A stretch of DNA of 64,000 nucleotides from Tubiluchus corallicola (taxonomy: Eukaryota; Animalia; Priapulida): contig JAQGDQ010000160.1 of NCBI GenBank assembly GCA_030141605.1, positions 310,001 to 374,000 of the forward strand, given 5' to 3'. A program made the translations under genes and the position numbers. The notes beneath the pieces are model-generated. The model searched no databases and was not told the origin of the DNA. It was given only the letters and a program-made list of their open reading frames with translations. Below, piece after piece: positions 59,566 through 64,000 of this stretch (position 1 is its first letter; the number at the start of each line of letters is the position of its first letter).

Positions 59566-60150
59566 ACCCAACAACACTATGTCGGATTATTTGTGGTATA
59601 GTGCAGTAGTAAGCTTTTACAGAAACTATAGTTTTTTAGCCAGTATGCCAAACTTGCACATTTTTGGCCACCTGTGTAACTGTCATTGTAATTATTGATG
59701 CATTTAATTAATTATCATATCAGTTTACCAGGATGCATTGAGAAAAATCGTTGGCCTAGGAATCTTGCAGTATGCTCTAAGATGGTTAGCTTTTTCTTTT
59801 CATAGGTTCTTTTTAACAGACCCAAATAAAACGAAGTTGAAATGAATGTAGGTGAATGAAACTAATAAATTTTTATTATAACATATTTATATAGGCAACT
59901 TTATACTATTTATGTTGTTACATTACGTTAAATATGGTTTATTATCACTATTAGTGTTCATAACCATTGCGTATGAGAGTTGAAGAAGAAAATGTATATA
60001 ATGCATTGTAAAGTTTATATAGGCAGATATGCAGTGCTTTTATAACAGAGCAAAGTTATTGGCATAATTTTTTATCAATACTCTAGCGAATGTAGACAGT
60101 GATTTTGTACACTTGCAAAATTTAATTTTTGTGTACACATCACATCGAGA

Positions 60151-60156
60151 AATAAA
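60151..60156 (+). terminator. Candidate BLTP2 polyadenylation signal
   Basis: AATAAA followed by T/GT-rich sequence ~590 nt after the stop; alternatives at 59825 and 59864. Confidence 0.45.
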
Positions 60157-60564
60157 GTTATTTCGTGATATATATTTCATGTTTTAATTGCGTAATTTAC
60201 AGATTTAATTTTGGTCATGTCAGTCAATCTTTTTTTCATGCGAACCACTCAGGTAATAGAATTGATCGCTCATGATTAGCAGCCATATTATGGAATATTA
60301 GTAAACATAATGGCTTAAATCAGCAGCAGCAGTACAGACAATGAGATTTCCAGCTAGAATTTAATTGAGAGGCTACGATAACACACGATTACATCATATT
60401 TCTCTCAAACCATTCCATATTTTAATTAAAATAGTTGCGTCTGTAAATTTTCAAGTATAAATAGTTCAGGCGGAAAAAGTCTATTTGACAGCTAAAAATA
60501 TATCAATGTATTTCTATAGACTGGACAAAATACAATAAACATAAACTACTCAGAAATCCATGAA

Positions 60565-60570
60565 TTTATT
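60565..60570 (-). terminator. Candidate tetraspanin polyadenylation signal
   Basis: TTTATT on + (AATAAA on -), with T-rich minus-strand sequence downstream. Confidence 0.4.
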
Positions 60571-62392
60571 ATAACTTGCAATACTTAGCATTTATAATAC
60601 TTACAAAATAGCATAGTTACGCTTAGTTATAGCAATACATAATTGAGCACGTATAAACAATGTATAATATGACTAATTGTGCTAAAATACTTGAAAATAT
60701 ATCTCTCGCATTTAACTCTCTATATCACAGCATATCAAGCGTGTATATTCTACTTTTGTTTCTGCAAATTACAGCATATTTTGATTTCTTACCACCTTTT
60801 CATGTTATTTATACAATTTAAACACCGGCATTAACTTATTCTGATCAACTAGAATTAGTTCGAAAAATTGAGTATTTATTATGTTAATATAATCAATGAA
60901 TACAATATACAGTAACATTTTTTAAAGTGAATATTAAATTATATTAACATAGAATATTATTAATAAATAACAATGTAGGTGTACAGAATTAGAAGAAACC
61001 TTGAGCTTCAGATACATTTAGGAGAAAGTATAATTTAATTATTGTTATACACGAATTGACCAACTTACGTAGTCAAAAACCTCATACACAAATAGTTTAC
61101 AAGAAAAATATAACATGCATAATATATAATTGGCACGCAAGTCAATATAAAATTACAACAAAACTTAACACCAAAGACTCTGTTTTCTTAATTAAGATTT
61201 TTAGGCCTAACTGCGTATGTAAGTTTAACCCTCTGACCCCAGAAATATTGAATGGTCACATGAATATGAGCAAAGAGGTATAATCACACCCTGCACAGAA
61301 ATACAGAAGAAACTGTTACACGTCCTTTGGTCACTAAGTCTACGCCATATCCTTGACTACTTTGCTGTGTGCTGCATTATAAGATGAAAACTATCAAGCA
61401 AAAAATTATAAGAAAATTGGCAGACGGCATGTTTTTTTAGTGAATTAGGCATCTAAGGCCTTATATAAGCCATTTTCAATTGGTAAATTTTAAAGCCAAT
61501 TAATACACACTATAAAAACATTTAGCATTAGTTTACTTTCTCATTGTTGTATATACTAAATAATGGAGAAGTCAATATGATGGTAATATCGGTGCTGAGG
61601 AAAAAATAAATCTCACAGTCTTGTAACTAATATTGTAATGATTGTAATGTACATACTGTCAAATAACATCTGTTTATAGTAGGCAGACAACCATTTAACC
61701 ACGAGGACAGGTACTGGCAGCTTCAAGGAAAAATCATGATATAAACAAGCTTGGGTGTTGGCGCAGCCCATTTCTGGTGGCTGAGGGTCAACGTGGGGTG
61801 AACGGAATAGATGAGTAATCAAGGTTGAGTCAAACTGTATGAGTACTGAACGAAGTTAAGAAGTGCTGAGCTTGGTCAATTAATGTGTAGTGAGCTTCGG
61901 GGAAAATACTGCCAGGTGGTTTTATCTGCCATGCTGCCCACAGTTACTTTATTGAAAACTCCATGTATACTGCATAGATGTGAATACAGATGTGAAGGCA
62001 CCTCTAACAATTCAGTGTTTCAAGTTAGAAAATTATTCTTGAGCCAACTTCTGGCCTCACCAGCTGTATCAAAATAGTTAAGCCCTGTCAGGTCCCAGTC
62101 TATAGACAGTTAAACCATAATAAAAAATAAAAGAAAAATGCTATATAACAGAGATCTGCCCTATAAGTAAAGGCCATTCACAATCCATCAACAATCAGAA
62201 TATAAGAACATACTTTATGAATAAATAAATATTAGCTTTACATAAAGTACTATAAGCTGATATATAAATTTTATAGGAGGTTAATGCGTAATAATTTACA
62301 AATAACAAGTGTCAGAGGCCACAGTTAATGAGAAACCGCAGTTTCAGAATTATCGTTTTGTTTGATACAACTTGCAGCGATATTTTGATATT

Positions 62393-63968
62393 TTACTTAT
62401 CTGAAGATAGCCTGGAATGTACTGAAACATCTCTCCGAAGTAGACACTGTATGATGCAAGCAAATAGTACTGAGAGAGCCTAAAAATAGACAATAATATG
62501 TATATTAGATTTAAAATTTTAGGCAACTAGCAAGCCTGCTTAGGAATAATTTGTTTCATCCAAATTATCATTGTCTTTGTCACTGTCATCATCATAATAA
62601 GACAGAAATTAGGCATTGGAAATGTACAGTTAAAGTATTATGCAAATGTAAATATTTAACTAATACAAGGCTATTTTTCAGTTAACACATTTTTGTCTGT
62701 TTGCACATCATTCGTGACAAGCAGGTATAAAAGATTAAACCATAAAAAGCCAATAATTTTGGATGCAAATTGAGCAGTGTAACTAACACTCAGCACCATG
62801 CGGATCGATTTCAAACCAAACTCCATAAAGTCCCATCAACGAAAACCAGCAACGGGTACTGTTAAGTTAGTTGCCAAACACAGTTTGAACACAAAAAAAA
62901 CATGCCTACAGGTGTCAATAAGCAAGCCATCTAGCAAACAAACTGCTCCTACTGCAGAGAAATTATTTTAAAATATTAAAATATTAAACAATACCCTTTG
63001 TGAATTTACTTTACTAAAATTCACCCCAAGTCTGTGTTGTGTGCTTTACATCTTTACATACTAAGTTATACTAAAATCATATGTTATGATGTGGGACAAG
63101 TATACATGGATCCTGAAGGGGAGGCATCCCCCAAAACTCTGATTTTAGAGGGACTTCAAATAGGCTTCCCACTCTCCAAAATGTGTGACAAATATTAGAA
63201 AAAATAAGCCTACTGCGGAGTCTATAAAATATATAGCAAGCTTAGGCTAGCGAGATATAAAACCTATATGCAAAGAAACTGATTCCAGCCCCATGCTCTG
63301 TGGTCAGTTTTTACGTGATTTGCACCCATGAAATATGATAATATTGATTAGATGACCATACTGAATCCATTGTTATACGAGTTACAAAATTTGGATTTGA
63401 GGGTTGCCATAAGATACAGATTTGGGAATTTTCAAATCCCACCAGTGTCTCAGAAATGGCTTAGTTAGCAGTAATAAACATACTTACGTGTAATACTGAT
63501 GAAGCTATTCCAAAATAAAATATTACTTCTAGGTACACTAGCAGAAGTTGATAAAGTGGTTCGGCACATCCCTGAAATGATTTACAGAATAAAATACTAT
63601 AAATAAGTACATCAGTTTTTCTGTAGACTAGCAAGAAACAGTTACATAAGTTATATATATATATATACACACTTACAACAAAGTAATAAAAAGAATTACA
63701 GTTCTTTGTGTCAAACTTGTGAATAAGAAAAGTGATTTGTTTGCATAATATAGCAATAGTTTGCCATATTCATAATGCCTAATGTGACCAACGTTCAAGA
63801 AGAACTTGATTTATTTGTGCTTGTAAACAATGCCTTGTAAAGTCAATTCATACATACCTGATTGAAATATAGTAATTCCCAGTGACTTTCTTCTTCGATA
63901 CAAGAATCTGGAATTGGTAGATGCAACTTAGCATAATCCGAGGTCTCATTGACACCGCAGCATTTCAA
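62393..63968 (-). CDS. Tetraspanin family protein, last three coding exons (63858-63968, 63488-63571, 62393-62479); 5' part lies beyond the right edge
   Basis: LKCCGVNETSDYAKLHLPIPDSCIEEESHWELLYFNQ|GCAEPLYQLLLVYLEVIFYFGIASSVLH|ALSVLFACIIQCLLRRDVSVHSRLSSDK*: CCG, PxSC and GC motifs of EC2, TM4 with juxtamembrane Cys, phase-0 GT-AG introns. Confidence 0.9.
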
Positions 63969-64000
63969 CTGTTAAATGAAGAAAAAGATGGTGACATTCT

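Overview
AT-rich, intron-rich eukaryotic genomic DNA, most likely an invertebrate metazoan (species not determinable here). Three spliced genes were reconstructed by hand, with intron phases consistent at every junction. (1) MED13 on the minus strand: 13 coding exons from ATG 26228 down to 1810 (~787 aa), continuing off the left edge. (2) A complete BLTP2/KIAA0100/Hobbit lipid-transfer gene on the plus strand: 42 coding exons, 26693-59565, 2178 aa, with one GC-AG intron. (3) The last three coding exons of a tetraspanin on the minus strand (63968-62393), entering from the right edge and tail-to-tail with BLTP2. MED13 and BLTP2 are head-to-head, 464 bp apart, around a near-symmetric CCAAT / E-box / CCAAT core. 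Introns hold many decayed transposons (RTE- and CR1-like LINE remnants, a PIF/Harbinger deletion derivative, hAT and Tc1/mariner-type MITEs, Helentron-like elements). Most ORF-track entries are exon read-throughs or spurious. I see no wholly new multi-gene system; the best leads are regulatory (shared promoter, uORFs, splice architecture).
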